Source of the DNA: Pseudomonadota bacterium
GTDB lineage: Bacteria; Pseudomonadota; Gammaproteobacteria; Burkholderiales; Burkholderiaceae_C
Length of the DNA: 27,169 bases
Assembly: GCA_041178825.1 (NCBI GenBank)
Contig: JBEGUP010000001.1
Location: 1 to 27,169, forward strand
Direction of reading: 5' to 3'
In this document: positions 25,715 through 27,169 of the stretch, piece by piece
How positions within the stretch are numbered: the stretch's first letter is position 1
How the letters are laid out: the number at the start of each line of letters is the position of its first letter
Notes under the pieces: generated by a model
The model's database searches: none
What the model saw: only the letters and a program-made list of their open reading frames with translations
What the model was told of the DNA's origin: nothing
Program-made: the position numbers and the translations under genes

Positions 25715-25915
25715 ATGGGTGGAGAAGATGAGCGCTGCTGCGGCACGGGTCACTGCATGATAAATGCTGACGGACGCTGCTGGTGCGGCCAGCAATGGGA
25801 TGGCGAGAAAATGTGCCAGCCTAAACAAAAGGCGGAATCGAAGTCTGACTTGACTTCAAAGAGCGATGAATCCGTCACATCCGCTTATATTGTGTCGGAC
25901 AATAAGCCCTCTTGA
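25715..25915 (+). CDS. Small Cys-rich hypothetical protein (66 aa)
   Basis: AGAGG SD just upstream of the ATG; CCGTGHC-x7-CWC-x9-C (6 Cys + His) in the first 34 aa; overlaps the DUF2805 3' end by 41 nt. Confidence 0.55.
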   Translation: MGGEDERCCGTGHCMINADGRCWCGQQWDGEKMCQPKQKAESKSDLTSKSDESVTSAYIVSDNKPS

Positions 25916-26141
25916 CCCCTTCTGATCGCAGCGCTGCATGCTTGGTGGTGCGGCTACTCATCCGCTTACGCCACATTCTGAAGGAGCTGGCTTTCATGTT
26001 GGTGCGCATGAAATTGATCACCGCAGATTCGTTCAGCCCATAGGTGCGCTCTATCGCTTCAAACGGCGTGCGGTCTTCCCATGCCATTTCTATGATTCTG
26101 GAGGCATCGCCGGGGGTGAAGATGGGTTCGGGTTTTGACAT
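25875..26141 (-). CDS. TIGR03643/DUF2805-family protein
   Basis: RIIEMAWEDRTPFEAIE, SSFRMWRKRM, TKH, RAYCPTQYK. ATG at 26141 preferred over the TTG at 26147. Confidence 0.88.
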   Translation of the reverse strand: MSKPEPIFTPGDASRIIEMAWEDRTPFEAIERTYGLNESAVINFMRTNMKASSFRMWRKRMSSRTTKHAALRSEGVKRAYCPTQYKRM

Positions 26142-26219
26142 ACTCAAATTGTATAAAAAGCGGGTACATGGTGTCGCACAGGTTAAAAAGACCTTGCAAC
26201 TTTATGGCAACATATCACT

Positions 26220-27169
26220 ATGCAAAAAATTCAGTCTTCACATTCAACCGCCCCCTTCCTCCCGCAAATCACGCTTTACCGCAGTTGGCTAAGCGCGCAG
26301 CGTGGCTTGAAGTTTGACTCTTACGACGCGCTTTGGCAGTGGTCAACGACTGATTTAGACGCGTTTTGGCAGAGTATTTGGGATTATTTTGACCTGAAAT
26401 CGTCCACGCCCTACTCCGCCGTATGTGACCGTTCTGCCAAAGTTGATGGTATTTCGCGGATGATCGATGTGAAATGGTTCACTGGCGCGACGGGCAACTA
26501 CGCGCAGCAGGTGTTTCGGCATGTTGAAGCCGCAGATTCTGTAGGTTTCCCAGCCATCATTAGCCACAATGAGAAAAGCTTGGGCAAGCAGCCAGCAAAA
26601 GAAATGACTTGGCCGCAGCTCAAACAACAAGTCGCCTCCCTCGCCCTGCACCTGCAAGCACAGGGTGTGCAACCGGGGGACAGGGTTGCGGCGTATTTGC
26701 CGAACATTCCAGAGGCGATGGTGGCGTTTTTGGCGACGGTGAGCATTGGCGGCGTGTGGAGCATTTGTGCACCGGATATGGGGACGAACGCCGTTTTAGA
26801 CCGCTTCAAACAAATTGAACCCAAGGTGCTGATTGCCTGCGACGGTGTTACTTTTGGCGGCAAAGACTTTGACCGCCTAGCCGTGATCGCCGAGCTATGC
26901 GCCGCACTGCCCAGCGTAAAGCATGTGATTTTGCAAGACAATTTGGGGACTTTACAGCCTTACACTCAAGCAACTTCAAATGCTAAAAACGCTATAAATA
27001 TAATAGCTTCTCAGGCAGTATTTACAAAGGCTACATGTCAAAATGATGCTAAAACTGCAGCTTTTGAGCCACTTTGGTTGCCGTTTGACCACCCACTGTG
27101 GATTGTCTATTCCAGCGGCACGACAGGACTACCCAAACCGATTGTTCACAGCCACGGCGGCATCGTCAT
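26220..27169 (+). CDS. Acetoacetate-CoA ligase (partial; runs off the right edge)
   Basis: Not in the ORF track; hand translation is open from ATG at 26220 to the end: YDALWQWSTTDLDAFWQSIWDYF, GDRVAAYLPNIPE, PDMGTNAVLDRFKQIEPKVLI, PFDHPLWIVYSSGTTGLPKPIVHSHGG. Confidence 0.93.
   Translation, partial: MQKIQSSHSTAPFLPQITLYRSWLSAQRGLKFDSYDALWQWSTTDLDAFWQSIWDYFDLKSSTPYSAVCDRSAKVDGISRMIDVKWFTGATGNYAQQVFRHVEAADSVGFPAIISHNEKSLGKQPAKEMTWPQLKQQVASLALHLQAQGVQPGDRVAAYLPNIPEAMVAFLATVSIGGVWSICAPDMGTNAVLDRFKQIEPKVLIACDGVTFGGKDFDRLAVIAELCAALPSVKHVILQDNLGTLQPYTQATSNAKNAINIIASQAVFTKATCQNDAKTAAFEPLWLPFDHPLWIVYSSGTTGLPKPIVHSHGGIV
26990..27052 (+). repeat. ~63-bp element, copy C (in frame inside the acetoacetate-CoA ligase)
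   Basis: cgcTATAAATATAATAGCttctcAGGCAGTATTTACaaaGGCTA; 29/40 ungapped identity to copy A; translates AINIIASQAVFTKATCQND. Confidence 0.8.

Noticed and set aside
1-27169. CRISPR array, IS/integrase, tRNA/rRNA or anti-phage system
   Set aside because: No regularly spaced repeats with unique spacers, and no transposase, integrase or defence motifs seen. The 63-bp element is dispersed, not arrayed.

Overview
Betaproteobacterial chromosomal window; gene content and protein styles suggest Burkholderiales/Comamonadaceae (inference). Almost all genes are on the minus strand. In transcription order: (i) a xylose operon xylF-xylH-xylG-ROK regulator-xylB-xylA, followed closely by a Gfo/Idh/MocA oxidoreductase and a tightly coupled pair of exported proteins (a CRTAC1/FG-GAP+ASPIC-UnbV beta-propeller and a vanadium-haloperoxidase/PAP2-family enzyme); (ii) a glucarate-dehydratase-like enolase plus a Bug solute receptor; (iii) flavocytochrome c genes (fccA/fccB-like); (iv) a complete Sox cluster (cyt c-soxCDYZAXB) followed by an exported DsrE-family protein and a SoxH-like metallo-beta-lactamase cut by the left edge. 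At the right end are an orphan Stealth protein, DUF3429, a Cys-rich small ORF, DUF2805/TIGR03643 and a partial acetoacetate-CoA ligase that the ORF track omits. The feature the gene list does not explain is a ~63-bp interspersed element (GCTAY-N7-RTAGC palindrome followed by AGGCAATAAATACGC..GGCTA...CAT). It has 5 clear and 2 degenerate copies. Two are intergenic. The others lie in frame in proteins, forming the SoxX N-terminus, a loop of the CoA ligase, the Gfo start, and possibly the haloperoxidase and FccA signal peptides. All alignments and counts were done by hand; no database searches were run.
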